Translations under genes and position numbers: made by a program | The notes under the pieces: generated by a model | What the model was told of the DNA's origin: nothing | Seen by the model: the letters and a program-made list of their open reading frames with translations, nothing else | Database searches by the model: none | From: an uncultured Planctomycetia bacterium | GTDB lineage: Bacteria; Omnitrophota; Gorgyraeia; Tantalellales; Tantalellaceae | Length of the DNA: 64,000 nt | Assembly (NCBI GenBank): GCA_964527765.1 | Contig: CAZGQR010000001.1 | Location: 246,353 to 310,352 of the forward strand | Reading direction: 5' to 3' | Part shown: positions 1-10,076 of the stretch, in pieces | Layout of the letters: each line of letters opens with the position of its first letter | Numbering within the stretch: the first letter of the stretch is position 1

Positions 1-152
1 GCTTCCATGACAAGGCCGAGGTCATTGCCGATCTCGGGCGATCCTTCTTTTTCCAGGGCAACGGATACCTTGATATCGGGATCTTTCATTGCCAGATCCG
101 CGATCCGCCTTCCCATTTTCCCGCACGCCCCGCTTATCCCTATTTTTAACAC
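1..152 (-). CDS. dapB: 4-hydroxy-tetrahydrodipicolinate reductase, N-terminal part (runs off window start)
   Basis: Not in ORF track. Manual translation from GTG at 152 gives MLKIGISGACGKMGRRIADLAMKDPDIKVSVALE (Rossmann GAxGKMGR). AAGGAG RBS upstream; follows dapA. Confidence 0.9.
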   Translation of the reverse strand, partial: MLKIGISGACGKMGRRIADLAMKDPDIKVSVALEKEGSPEIGNDLGLVME

Positions 153-193
153 GGTAAACTCCTTGTAGTAACTACTCAGGGGATCAGTAATTA

Positions 194-318
194 GGTCGTT
201 TGCTGTTGCTCCGTACAGGGAGGATCCACACCGGGCGGCCTCGCCCGAAGGACTCGGCACTTCCTCGGACATTTCGTCCTCGGTCGGAGGGCCCTGGTAG
301 GAGCAAAAGCGAACGACC
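194..318. repeat. Intergenic palindromic element (MITE/REPIN-like), 19-bp terminal inverted repeat with two internal hairpins
   Basis: GGTCGTTTGCTGTTGCTCC (194-212) vs GGAGCAAAAGCGAACGACC (300-318): 17/19 complementary, extended by CAGGG/CCCTG. Internal hairpins at 238-258 and 263-283. Confidence 0.75.
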
Positions 319-324
319 GTTGAT

Positions 325-1191
325 CTATATCAGCTTATAACGCTTAAGCACCTGCCTCAGTCTATCCTTGTTCTCCCCGCTCATCTCACAAAGCGGCAAT
401 CTCCATTCCTCATCGATCATACCCATCATACCCAGAGCTGTCTTAACGGGTATGGGATTGGTCTCTATGAACATCGCCTGGCAAAGTTCCAGTATCTCGT
501 AATGGATCCCGCGGCTCTCTTCTTCCTTGCCGTCAAGATATGTCTGTACCAGGTCATGCACCTTGCCCGGTATAATGTTCGCGGCAACGCTTACCACGCC
601 TGCAGCCCCAACGGACATGAAAGGCAAAGTCATCGCGTCGTCGCCGCTCATCACGGTTATATCACAAAGCGCCAGGATGTTCATGACCTGCTGGACACTG
701 CCGGCGGCTTCCTTTATAGCGACAATATTATCGACCTTCGAAAGCCTGGCTACCGTGGAAGGAAGAAGAGATATCCCGGTGCGTGAGGGAACGTTGTATA
801 ACATTATGGGTATATCCACGTTTTTCGCGATCTCCGAGTAATGCCTGTACTGTCCTTCCGGCGTGGGTTTATTGTAATACGGCGTGATGATAAGCGCGCC
901 GTCGCAACCCGCCTTTCTGGCGTAAGCGGTGAGTTCTATGGCTTCACGGGTACTGTTTGAACCGGTTCCCGCAACTACCGGAACACGTTTCCCCGACGTC
1001 TCCACTGTTATCTTTATAAGGCGTTCTTGTTCCGAGGTGGTCAATGTCGCGGCTTCCCCGGTACAACCGCAGGGAACCAGACCGTCAGTCCCGTTATCGA
1101 TATGGAACTCTATGAGCTTGCGAAACGCCTTTTCATCCAGCCTGCCGTCCTTGAACGGCGTGGCCAGGGCAACATATGAACCTTTGAACAT
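325..1191 (-). CDS. dapA: 4-hydroxy-tetrahydrodipicolinate synthase
   Basis: GCTGE, TPYYNKP, LYNVPSRT, AIKEA and ETNPIPVK motifs. Confidence 0.97.
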   Translation of the reverse strand: MFKGSYVALATPFKDGRLDEKAFRKLIEFHIDNGTDGLVPCGCTGEAATLTTSEQERLIKITVETSGKRVPVVAGTGSNSTREAIELTAYARKAGCDGALIITPYYNKPTPEGQYRHYSEIAKNVDIPIMLYNVPSRTGISLLPSTVARLSKVDNIVAIKEAAGSVQQVMNILALCDITVMSGDDAMTLPFMSVGAAGVVSVAANIIPGKVHDLVQTYLDGKEEESRGIHYEILELCQAMFIETNPIPVKTALGMMGMIDEEWRLPLCEMSGENKDRLRQVLKRYKLI

Positions 1192-1212
1192 CTTTTCCTC
1201 CCCCTCTTTGAG

Positions 1213-2025
1213 CTACACCTTTCCTTCACAAACAATGCTGGCCGTACCCTCCAGATACACGTCCGTAACCTTTCCCCCGGACATCCTGTAATGGACTGTG
1301 AGCATATCACCGCTTCTGGTCCGGATCTTCACCGGGCTGGATGCATAACCAAGAAGGCCCATTATAACGGCGGACGCCACTACACCCGTTCCGCATGCCA
1401 GTGTTTCATCCTCCACGCCGCGTTCATAGGTCCGCACCGAGGCGCTGTTCGCGCCTGTATCAGTTATAAAATCCGCGTTAGTCCCTTCCGGAGCGAACAG
1501 TGTATGCTCGCGGATCTTGCGACCTATTCTTTTTACCTCATATCCTTCCAGGTCATTGACAAAATGCACAACATGAGGGACTCCGGTATTTATGTAATGC
1601 GCTGTCACCATGCTGGGGCCTATGCCGAGATTTATCTTGAGCCTGATATCCCTGGGGTCGCTCATTTTTACCTTCACGGCGTTCCCGCTGACCGTGGCGT
1701 TCAGTATGCCGGCACCGGTCTCTATGGTAAGATCTTCGCCCCAGCCGGTATTGGCCGCGTAATAAGCGCTGCACCGGATCCCGTTAGCGCACATATCCAC
1801 TTCGGAACCGTCGGGATTTATCACGCGCATGCGGAAGGCCGCCTTATCCGAGTCTTCCAGGACCAGCAGCCCGTCCGCCCCGATGGAGAGTCTCCTGCGG
1901 CAAAGGTCCCGGGCTATTTCCGGGTAATCAAGAGAGCGCGCGCCCAGTTCACCGCTCCTGTCGTCGATGATTATAAAGTCATTGCCGCTGGCTACGGCCT
2001 TCGTGAAGCAGATATTGTATCTCAC
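1213..2025 (-). CDS. dapF: Diaminopimelate epimerase
   Basis: GNDF, NPDGSEVDMCANG, GVPH and ERGVEDETLACGTG motifs. Confidence 0.97.
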   Translation of the reverse strand: MRYNICFTKAVASGNDFIIIDDRSGELGARSLDYPEIARDLCRRRLSIGADGLLVLEDSDKAAFRMRVINPDGSEVDMCANGIRCSAYYAANTGWGEDLTIETGAGILNATVSGNAVKVKMSDPRDIRLKINLGIGPSMVTAHYINTGVPHVVHFVNDLEGYEVKRIGRKIREHTLFAPEGTNADFITDTGANSASVRTYERGVEDETLACGTGVVASAVIMGLLGYASSPVKIRTRSGDMLTVHYRMSGGKVTDVYLEGTASIVCEGKV

Positions 2026-3272
2026 TTGAACTCTTTCAGTATTTTTTCACCGCGGATCAGGTCACGGTACGTTTCCGCGGCCCGGATGACCTTAACTTCA
2101 CCGTTGATCACCATCAGCTCCGCCGGCCGCGGCCGGGAATTATAATTTGAAGCCATGCTGAAGCCGTAAGCGCCGGCGCCCATGACCGAAAGGTACTCTC
2201 CGGGGAGAAGCTCCTGGAGTTCCCTGTCCAGGGCCAGATAATCCCCGCTTTCGCATATGGGCCCGACCACGTCATATCTATGCGGATTCGTCTTCCGTTC
2301 CGTTACGGGACGAATCTCGTGATAGGCCTTGTACAGGCTGGGGCGCATAAGATCGTTCATTCCGGCATCCACTATAGCGAATTTTTTACCGGTCGATCCT
2401 GTTTTAGTATACAGCACCTTGCATACCAGAATACCGCTGTTGCCGACGATAAAACGTCCGGGCTCGAGTATAAGCCTGAAGGGCCTGTCCTTGACAAGCG
2501 GAACGATCTTGTCGGCGAACTCCTGTGCGGTGGTGGCTTTCTCTCTGTCATAGACGATCCCGAGCCCGCCGCCGATGTTCAGCCACTCGATCCCTATATT
2601 GTTCTTGTCTATGAAATCCAGTATCTTTTTTATCGCATCCACGAACGGGGCCGTGTCCGTTATCTGCGATCCGATGTGCACATGTATCCCTTTCAGCGCA
2701 ACGTGGGAGTACTTGTTCGCGTTGTCAAACACATCTTCGGCTGCCTTGAAATCGATCCCGAACTTCTTTTCTTTCGCGCCGGTAGTTACATATTCATGGG
2801 TATCGGCCGTCACGTCGGGATTAAGCCGTATGGCCACCCTGGCCTTTTTGCGCAGGCGGCTCGCCGTGGTATCGATCGTGATCAATTCAGGGACCGACTC
2901 TACGTTAAAAAACAGTATACCCTTGACGAGGGCTTTCTTTATCTCTTCCTCTGTCTTGCCCACACTCGCGTAAACTATTCTTTCCGGAGGGCACCCCGCC
3001 TTGAGGGCCTTATAAAGTTCTCCGCCGGACACGATATCCAATCCCGCGCCGGCGTTCACCAGGGCCCTGCAGATGTTCAGGTTCGAGTTGGACTTCATCG
3101 AAAAACAGATGAGAGGATCCACCTCCCTGAACGCGTCCTGTATCTTGCGGAAATGATCCATTACCGTGCCGTAACTGTACAGGTAAAACGGCGTCGGATA
3201 CTGCTCGGCGATATCGGTCAGGGGAATATCCTCGCAATGAAGTATCCCGTCCTTGTAATGAAATTCGTGCAT
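2022..3272 (-). CDS. lysA: Diaminopimelate decarboxylase
   Basis: KSNSN PLP lysine, HVHIGSQI, EPGR, GPICESGD, GAYG...SNYNSRP. Start placed at ATG 3272 (MHEFHY), just after the argH stop, not the ORF-track 3320. Confidence 0.96.
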   Translation of the reverse strand: MHEFHYKDGILHCEDIPLTDIAEQYPTPFYLYSYGTVMDHFRKIQDAFREVDPLICFSMKSNSNLNICRALVNAGAGLDIVSGGELYKALKAGCPPERIVYASVGKTEEEIKKALVKGILFFNVESVPELITIDTTASRLRKKARVAIRLNPDVTADTHEYVTTGAKEKKFGIDFKAAEDVFDNANKYSHVALKGIHVHIGSQITDTAPFVDAIKKILDFIDKNNIGIEWLNIGGGLGIVYDREKATTAQEFADKIVPLVKDRPFRLILEPGRFIVGNSGILVCKVLYTKTGSTGKKFAIVDAGMNDLMRPSLYKAYHEIRPVTERKTNPHRYDVVGPICESGDYLALDRELQELLPGEYLSVMGAGAYGFSMASNYNSRPRPAELMVINGEVKVIRAAETYRDLIRGEKILKEFK

Positions 3273-3273
3273 T

Positions 3274-4653
3274 CTAATCCTTGAGTTTCTTTTTCCAGCC
3301 GGAGATCTCTTTCCTGACAAACTCCGGATTGGTGCTTCCCCTTGTCCTCTTGCTGGCGACGGAAGTCTCGGGGTTCAGCAATCCGTAGATATCTTCTTCC
3401 AGTTTTTCCGAAAAACCTTTCAGCTCCGATATTGAAAGGTCCGAAATATTTATGCTGTTCTCGGTGCAATGTTTAACGATCCTGCCTATCACCTCATGCG
3501 CGTCGGCGAATGCCACCCCCTTGCGGACCAGATATTCCGCCAGGTCCGTAGCGTAAATGAACTCGTCCTCAAGCGCCTTCGACGCTATTTCCTTCTTCAG
3601 GGTAATGCTCCCGGCCACTTCAGCCATGATCGCAAGTTCTTCCGCGACAAGTTCGACGGACTCGAACAGGGGTTTCTTATCTTCCTGCAGGTCCCTGTTA
3701 TATGAGTGCGGCAATCCCTTCAGGAGAACGAACAGGGAATTAAGCGCGCCGATGACATGGGAAGACTTCCCGCGGACCAGTTCCAGCACGTCCGGGTTTT
3801 TCTTCTGAGGCATCAGCGAGCTGCCGGTGCAATAATCCTGCCCTATCTCCAGAAAGCCGAATTCCGGGGTACTGTAAAGTATCAGGTCTTCGCATATCCT
3901 GGAAAGGTGCACGGCGATAAAGCAAAGCGCCGCTATGAGCTCCACGATGAAATCCCTGTCACTGACAGCATCGATACTGTTGGCGGAAATATTCTTGAAA
4001 CCGAGTTTCTCCGCGACGAACCTGCGGTCGAGTTCCAGGCCGGAACCGGCGATCGCTCCGGATCCCATCACGGAGATATCCGCGCGGCGGCCCGCGTCTT
4101 CCAATCGCCCGCGGTCACGCTCGAGCGTCTCCACGTACGCAAGCACAAGATGCGCAAAGAGGATCGGCTGTGCGCGGTTAAGGTGCGTGTATCCCGGCAT
4201 TATGACGTCTTCCGTCCTCTCGGCCAGGCCCACGAGTTCCTTCTGAAGGCCCACAACAAGCCCTTTGATGCGTCCGATACTGTCCCTGCAGTACAAACGG
4301 ACATCATTGACCACCTGCTCGTTGCGGGACCTGCCCGTATGCATCTTTTTTGCCGCTTCAGGAGCTTTGTTCTCCACATAACCCTGGATGGCCGAATGTA
4401 TGTCCTCGTACTCCTCCAATTGCTGGAAACCGCCTTTCTCGATCTTTGAAAACAGATCATCCAGCACCCCCAGGAGCTCTTTTCTCTCGTCGTCCGAGAT
4501 CAAACCGCATCGCGAAAGCATCTCTACATGGACCTTGCTGCTCAAACAATCATATTTGGCAAGGATCCTGTCGATATCGAGACTGGATGTAAATTTCATG
4601 ACGCGAGGTTCCATGCCTTTTTTTAAAAACCTTCCGCCCCATAACTTCGCCAT
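3274..4653 (-). CDS. argH: Argininosuccinate lyase
   Basis: LWGGRF, HTGRSRNEQV, MPGYTHL and GSSLMPQKKNPD motifs. Confidence 0.98.
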   Translation of the reverse strand: MAKLWGGRFLKKGMEPRVMKFTSSLDIDRILAKYDCLSSKVHVEMLSRCGLISDDERKELLGVLDDLFSKIEKGGFQQLEEYEDIHSAIQGYVENKAPEAAKKMHTGRSRNEQVVNDVRLYCRDSIGRIKGLVVGLQKELVGLAERTEDVIMPGYTHLNRAQPILFAHLVLAYVETLERDRGRLEDAGRRADISVMGSGAIAGSGLELDRRFVAEKLGFKNISANSIDAVSDRDFIVELIAALCFIAVHLSRICEDLILYSTPEFGFLEIGQDYCTGSSLMPQKKNPDVLELVRGKSSHVIGALNSLFVLLKGLPHSYNRDLQEDKKPLFESVELVAEELAIMAEVAGSITLKKEIASKALEDEFIYATDLAEYLVRKGVAFADAHEVIGRIVKHCTENSINISDLSISELKGFSEKLEEDIYGLLNPETSVASKRTRGSTNPEFVRKEISGWKKKLKD

Positions 4654-4662
4654 GATCTCTCC

Positions 4663-5844
4663 TTACTTTTTAAACGGTAGCGCCCAGAGGTCTATAAATC
4701 CTTTTGCGAGCGACTGGTCAAAGATATCACCCTTCCCGTAAGTCGCCAGTTCTATTTTGTAACGGGATTTCGGGCTCCTCCTCCCGCAGACAGTGACGCT
4801 CCCCTTGTACAATTTCAGCTTCACATCCCCGGAAACGTTCTCCTGCGTTCCATCCACAAAAGCGTCTATGGCCTCCTTGAGAGGCGTGAACCACAAGCCG
4901 TAATATACCAGCTCCGAATAACGTTCGGAGAGAGCGCGTTTATACCCGCGGGTCTCCCTGTCCAGCACGAGTTCCTCGAGAGCCGTATGCCCCGCATAAA
5001 GGATCGCGGACGCCGGGGCTTCATATACCTCGCGGGACTTGATGCCGACGAGACGGTCTTCGATCATATCGACCCGACCCACGCCATGCGCGCCTCCCAT
5101 CTTATTCAGTTTTCGGACAAGCTGCGCCGGGCCGTACTTCTTCCCGTTAACGGCCGTAGGAACGCCTTTCTTGAACGTGATAGTTACATATTGTGCTTTC
5201 GCGGGGGCTTTTTCGGCCCTGACGACGCTGATATGCGTATCCTTCGGCGGTTCGGACCACGGGTTTTCCAGTTTTCCCCCTTCGATGCTTACCCCCCACA
5301 GATTATGGTCTATGCTGTAAAGCTTTTTCTTTGTCTGTTCGACCGGTATCTTGTGTTTTTTCGCGTAATCGATCTCCGCTTCACGCGTCGCGAGGTCCCA
5401 TTCCCGGACAGGAGCTATCACCTTAAGTCCCGGGGCCTTTAAATGAAAGGTCACCTCAAAACGGACCTGGTCATTCCCCTTGCCTGTGCAGCCATGAGCA
5501 ACGGCATTCGCTCCTTCTTTTTTGGCAAAGCCTATCATCGCTTCCGCGATGAGAGGGCGGGAAAGCGCCGTGGCCAGATTGTACTTGCCCTGGTATAACG
5601 CTCCCGCCTTTAGAGCGCGAAACGCATAGTCCCTGATAAATTTTTCCTTCAGGTCCCCGACCGCGCATTTTTTCGCGCCGATCTCGAGAGCGCGCCTGCG
5701 GCTTTTATCCGCAGGTGTACCCTGACCCACGTCAGCCATATAGCAGATAACCTCGTAGTCGCGCTCGATAAGCCATTTTATGATCACAGAGGTATCAAGC
5801 CCTCCTGAATAAGCGAGCACTACTTTTTTCTTTTTCTTAGCCAT
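4663..5844 (-). CDS. argG: Argininosuccinate synthase
   Basis: LAYSGGLDTS, HGCTGKGNDQVRF and GIKSREVYEAP motifs; start at ATG 5844 with upstream AGGAG. Confidence 0.98.
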   Translation of the reverse strand: MAKKKKKVVLAYSGGLDTSVIIKWLIERDYEVICYMADVGQGTPADKSRRRALEIGAKKCAVGDLKEKFIRDYAFRALKAGALYQGKYNLATALSRPLIAEAMIGFAKKEGANAVAHGCTGKGNDQVRFEVTFHLKAPGLKVIAPVREWDLATREAEIDYAKKHKIPVEQTKKKLYSIDHNLWGVSIEGGKLENPWSEPPKDTHISVVRAEKAPAKAQYVTITFKKGVPTAVNGKKYGPAQLVRKLNKMGGAHGVGRVDMIEDRLVGIKSREVYEAPASAILYAGHTALEELVLDRETRGYKRALSERYSELVYYGLWFTPLKEAIDAFVDGTQENVSGDVKLKLYKGSVTVCGRRSPKSRYKIELATYGKGDIFDQSLAKGFIDLWALPFKK

Positions 5845-5881
5845 GTCCGGACTCCTGTTGTTCTGCAACTGTTTTCAACCA

Positions 5882-6796
5882 TTACCCGAGCATCCTGAGC
5901 AGGATGGCTTTCTGAACATGCATCCTGTTCTCGGCCTGATCATAGACGATGGAATTCTTTCCGTCTATCACGTCCGTGATCTCTTCGCCGCGGTGCGCCG
6001 GGAGACAATGCATTATCAGCGCATCCTCTTTGGCCGCGCCCATAAGGGCGGCATTTACCTGGAACCCTTCAAAATCTTTCAGGCGTTTCTCCCTTTCCTC
6101 TTCCTGTCCCATGCTGATCCATACATCGGTATACACGATATCGCTTCCTGAAACGGCCCGGTACGGGTCGCTGGACAGTTCAAAGACCGCTTTGTTGCTC
6201 CTGGCTATCTTTGAAGCTTCGTCAAAAATATCCTCCGGCGGACGGTACCCTTCAGGGGTGGCGACCTTCATGTTCACACCGGTCTTCGCGCAGACCATGA
6301 GCAGCGAATTGAGCACGTTATTCCCGTCACCCACGTATGAAACCGTGACATCCTTGAGCGTCCTCATCTTCTCGGCAATGGTGAATATGTCACTGAGCGC
6401 CTGGCAGGGGTGCGCGCGGTCAGACAGGCCGTTTATCACGGGAACATCCGAATGCCTTGCAAAATCCACGACGTCCTGATGTGAGAACACGCGGGCCACT
6501 ATGCCGTCCACGTACCGCGATATCACGCGGCTCACGTCCTTGACCGATTCACGCGTCCCCATTTCGATCTCCCACGGACTCAAGTACAGGGCATAACCGC
6601 CCAGATGCACCATGGCCGCCTCGAACGATATCCTCGTCCTGTTGGACGGTTTCTGAAATACAAGGGCGAGTATCCTGTCCTTAAGCGCCCTCTTTCTTAA
6701 CAGAGGTGTTTTTTTCAGCTTCCGGGCAAGTTTTACGATATCAAGTATCTCCCTGGAACTCATGTCCCTGATAGCTATAAGGTCTTTGTTCTTCAT
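5882..6796 (-). CDS. argF: Ornithine carbamoyltransferase
   Basis: SxRT, HPCQ, DVWISMGQE, HCLP and AENR motifs; arg operon context. Confidence 0.96.
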   Translation of the reverse strand: MKNKDLIAIRDMSSREILDIVKLARKLKKTPLLRKRALKDRILALVFQKPSNRTRISFEAAMVHLGGYALYLSPWEIEMGTRESVKDVSRVISRYVDGIVARVFSHQDVVDFARHSDVPVINGLSDRAHPCQALSDIFTIAEKMRTLKDVTVSYVGDGNNVLNSLLMVCAKTGVNMKVATPEGYRPPEDIFDEASKIARSNKAVFELSSDPYRAVSGSDIVYTDVWISMGQEEEREKRLKDFEGFQVNAALMGAAKEDALIMHCLPAHRGEEITDVIDGKNSIVYDQAENRMHVQKAILLRMLG

Positions 6797-7974
6797 ATTT
6801 TCCCCAGTGCTTTTGAAAGCTTTTCAATAGCCGTATCGATATCCTTTTTCGTGACCGTTATGGGCGGCATGATCCTCAGTATGTTCTTCTGCGTGCAGTT
6901 TATCAAAAGCCCCTGTTCCATGCATTCGTTCGCCACACCGGAGGCATCCTCCACATTAAGCTTCACTCCTATCATGAGGCCCATGCCCTTTACCTTCTCG
7001 ATCGTCTTGTTGCGTTTCTTCAGTTCGTTAAGACATCCGGTAATGTACTCGCCCATCCGAACGGTATTTTCCAGCAGTTTCTCTTCTTCGATAGCCTCGA
7101 ACACCCCCAGAGCCGCCGCGCAGACGATCGGGCTTCCGCCGAACGTTGATGCGTGAGAACCGGGTGCAAGAACATCTATATACTTCTCGCCGACGACCAG
7201 GGCCCCGATCGGCAGCCCGCCGCCCAGTGACTTGGCCAGGGTCATGATGTCCGGCTCGATCCCGAAATGCTTGTAAGCGAACATCTCCCCTGTCCGCCCC
7301 ATGCAGGTCTGGACCTCATCGACGATAAAGAGCATATCCTTCTCCCGGCAGATATCCCTCATCTCCCGCATGTATTTTTCATCGGCAACGTTTATACCGC
7401 CTTCCCCCTGTACGGGCTCTATGATCACAGCGACCGTCTTATCCGTGACGGCGGCACTAAAAGCGCCGATATCGTTGAAAGGAACGTGCTTGAATCCCTC
7501 CGGCAGCGGAGAAAAGCCCTCCTTGACCTTTTTCTGACCGGTCGCCGTCAGGGTGGCCAGCGTGCGCCCGTGAAAGGAATTCTCCATCGCTATGATCTCG
7601 TACCTGTCAGGGTTCCCGTACCGGCGGGCCAGTTTTATCGCTCCTTCATTGGCCTCCGCGCCCGAGTTTGAAAAAAATACCCGTCCGCTGAAGGAGTGAT
7701 CTATTATCTTCTTCGCAAGAACCGGCTGAACATCGTTATAGTAATTGTTGGATACATGCAGTATTCTCTCAAGCTGCCCGGAGAGCCTGCGGACGACCTT
7801 CGGATGACGGTGCCCTATACCGCTGACGGCCCAGCCGGGGAAAAAGTCCAGATATTTTTTGCCGCCGGCATCTTCGACCCACACACCGTCCCCCTTGACA
7901 AGACACAGGTCCTGTCGCGTATATGTCGGGAGCACGTACTTGTCGTATAATTTCTTGATCTCGGTCAACCCCAT
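6793..7974 (-). CDS. argD: Acetylornithine aminotransferase
   Basis: NSGAEANE, SFHGRT, EPVQGEGG, DEVQT and AKSLGGG motifs. Confidence 0.95.
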   Translation of the reverse strand: MGLTEIKKLYDKYVLPTYTRQDLCLVKGDGVWVEDAGGKKYLDFFPGWAVSGIGHRHPKVVRRLSGQLERILHVSNNYYNDVQPVLAKKIIDHSFSGRVFFSNSGAEANEGAIKLARRYGNPDRYEIIAMENSFHGRTLATLTATGQKKVKEGFSPLPEGFKHVPFNDIGAFSAAVTDKTVAVIIEPVQGEGGINVADEKYMREMRDICREKDMLFIVDEVQTCMGRTGEMFAYKHFGIEPDIMTLAKSLGGGLPIGALVVGEKYIDVLAPGSHASTFGGSPIVCAAALGVFEAIEEEKLLENTVRMGEYITGCLNELKKRNKTIEKVKGMGLMIGVKLNVEDASGVANECMEQGLLINCTQKNILRIMPPITVTKKDIDTAIEKLSKALGKI

Positions 7975-7986
7975 TCTACTCCTTCG

Positions 7987-8841
7987 TCATCCGTGTATGA
8001 TCTCCGTCCCTATGCCCTTGTCCGTAAATATCTCGAGAAGCAAGGCATGGGAAAGATTCGCGTCAACGATATGCGTCTTTCTCACGCCTCCCCTGAGCGC
8101 GTGAAGGCAGGCCTTTGTCTTCGGCACCATACCGCCCTCGATGACCCCGCTTTCGATCAGGTGGTCGGCGGTCTCCAGCGTCAGTGAATGAAACAGGGAT
8201 CCCGGATCGTCCTTGTCTTTCATCACACCCCTGACATTCGTCAACACGACGAACTTTTCAGCGTCAAGCGCTATCGCGATGTTACTGGCTGCCTCGTCGG
8301 CGTTTATGTTATACAGCTTATTGTCCCTGCCCTTGCCCACCGGACAGACCACGGGGATAATGTTGGTATTTATAAGCCTGTGCAGGATCGTCGTGTCGAT
8401 CGCCTCAACGCTCCCGACAAAGCCCAGGTCCGGACCTTCCAGCTTGGCGGCCTGTATCATGTTATTCTCTTTCCCGCTCAGCCCGAAAGCCTCGCCGCCA
8501 AGTGAATTTATCTCGTCTACAAGGGCCCTGTTGACCTCCGTGAGAACGGAGTCCACGACTCCCATCGACTTTTCACACGTCACCCTGAGCCCGTCAATGA
8601 ATTTCGTCTCTATCTTCTCTTCCCTGAGCCGTTCGCTTATGGTAGGCCCTCCCCCGTGGACCAGCACGGGCCTCATGCCGGCGTACCGCATGAACACTAT
8701 ATCCTGCAGGACCATATTACGGGACGCTCCCTCGTGAAGCGAACTCCCGCCGAACTTTATGACCACCACCTTGTTGAAAAATTTCTTTATGTACGGCAGC
8801 GCTTCTATGAGAACGTTACTTTTCCTGATTGCTTCTTCCAT
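7987..8841 (-). CDS. argB: Acetylglutamate kinase
   Basis: VIKFGG, VHGGG, GLRVT, NINAD, GGMVPK and ELFT-like GIGT C-terminus. Confidence 0.97.
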   Translation of the reverse strand: MEEAIRKSNVLIEALPYIKKFFNKVVVIKFGGSSLHEGASRNMVLQDIVFMRYAGMRPVLVHGGGPTISERLREEKIETKFIDGLRVTCEKSMGVVDSVLTEVNRALVDEINSLGGEAFGLSGKENNMIQAAKLEGPDLGFVGSVEAIDTTILHRLINTNIIPVVCPVGKGRDNKLYNINADEAASNIAIALDAEKFVVLTNVRGVMKDKDDPGSLFHSLTLETADHLIESGVIEGGMVPKTKACLHALRGGVRKTHIVDANLSHALLLEIFTDKGIGTEIIHG

Positions 8842-8867
8842 TTCTTATCCTTGTAAATCGTCCTTGT

Positions 8868-10058
8868 CTACGTAGTATAATGTGCGTTCAGCGTGATGTA
8901 CTTTTTCGATATGTCGCAGGAAAAAACACACGCTTCCGCTTCGCCGCCATGAAGATCCACTTTTATCTGCACGTCCTTACCCTTGAAGACCGAAGCGGCC
9001 TTCCGCGCTGAGACCGGCTTAAACCTTCCGCTCTTGTAAAACGTCACTCCGTCCAGGATCACTTCCATCTTACCGGGATCAAATGCGACCCCGCTGGCGC
9101 CGGCTGAGGATGCTATGCGCCCCCAGTTGGGATCGCCGCCGAGAACGGCGCATTTGACCAGAAGCGAATCCGCTACGGCCCCCGCCATCTTCTTTGCATC
9201 GGGAACGGTCCTGGCCCCCTTAACGCATACTTCGATGAACTTGCTGGCGCCCTCTCCGTCGCGAACGATCATCCTGGCGAGTTCACCGGAAACCTCGCCG
9301 AGGTTTTTCTGGAACAGTTCGAGATCTTTACCGTTCTCCTTTATCAGCCTGTTATCCGCCTCGCCGTTGGCGAGAAGCATCGCCGTATCGTTAGTGCTCA
9401 TGTCGCCGTCAACCGTTATCGCGTTGAATGAAGTTTCAGCCGCCGCCAGCAGAGCTTTTTTCATGGCTTTTTTAGACACGTTGGCATCCGTCAGTATGTA
9501 GCATAGCATGGTCGCCATGTCAGGTTTTACCATCCCCGCGCCCTTGGCTATGCCGGTCATCGTGATCTTCTTGCCTCCCGCGACAAATGTACGGCTCGCG
9601 ATCTTGTGGAACCGGTCTGTCGTCATGATACCTTCGGCCGCATCAATAAGACCATCCGCGGACAAGCCGGCCACGAGCTTGAACATCCCGTTTATAATGG
9701 GCCTCATGGGCATGAATTTACCTATTATGCCGGTCGAAGAGACCAGGACCGCATCCTTCGAAGTCCCTAGCAACCTTGCCAGAACAGCCGCCATCTTCCT
9801 GGCATCGCTTAAGCCCCGATCACCGGTCATGCAATTGGCGTTCCCGCTGTTTATCAACACCGCGCTGAAACATCCGCCTTTTTTAAGCTGTTCCTCAGCC
9901 ACTAGAAGCGGGGCGGCCTTGACCGCATTCCGGGTAAAAAGAGCCTCTACCTTGCAGGGTGTCTTTGAATAAAGAAGTGAAAGATCCTTTCGTTTTTTCT
10001 TCACCCCGCAATGTATGCCGCTGACCAGGAATCCCTTTGGAAGCTTGTGTTTTTTCAT
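8868..10058 (-). CDS. argJ: Bifunctional ornithine acetyltransferase / N-acetylglutamate synthase
   Basis: NSGNAN, STGIIG, IMTTD, KGAGM..PDMATML (autocleavage site), STND, DGEGA and DPNWGR motifs. Confidence 0.97.
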   Translation of the reverse strand: MKKHKLPKGFLVSGIHCGVKKKRKDLSLLYSKTPCKVEALFTRNAVKAAPLLVAEEQLKKGGCFSAVLINSGNANCMTGDRGLSDARKMAAVLARLLGTSKDAVLVSSTGIIGKFMPMRPIINGMFKLVAGLSADGLIDAAEGIMTTDRFHKIASRTFVAGGKKITMTGIAKGAGMVKPDMATMLCYILTDANVSKKAMKKALLAAAETSFNAITVDGDMSTNDTAMLLANGEADNRLIKENGKDLELFQKNLGEVSGELARMIVRDGEGASKFIEVCVKGARTVPDAKKMAGAVADSLLVKCAVLGGDPNWGRIASSAGASGVAFDPGKMEVILDGVTFYKSGRFKPVSARKAASVFKGKDVQIKVDLHGGEAEACVFSCDISKKYITLNAHYTT

Positions 10059-10076
10059 GACGCTTCTTTCCTCTTA

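Noticed and set aside
238-283. Hammerhead ribozyme or lysine riboswitch in the dapA-dapB spacer
   Set aside because: GAAA is present but there is no CUGAUGA core; the length and motifs do not fit the L-box, and there is no expression platform.
6630-6660. ArgF carbamoyl-phosphate motif SNRT instead of STRT (acetylornithine transcarbamylase?)
   Set aside because: The SMG and HCLP motifs and the presence of argJ fit an ordinary OTC; a single substitution is not enough.
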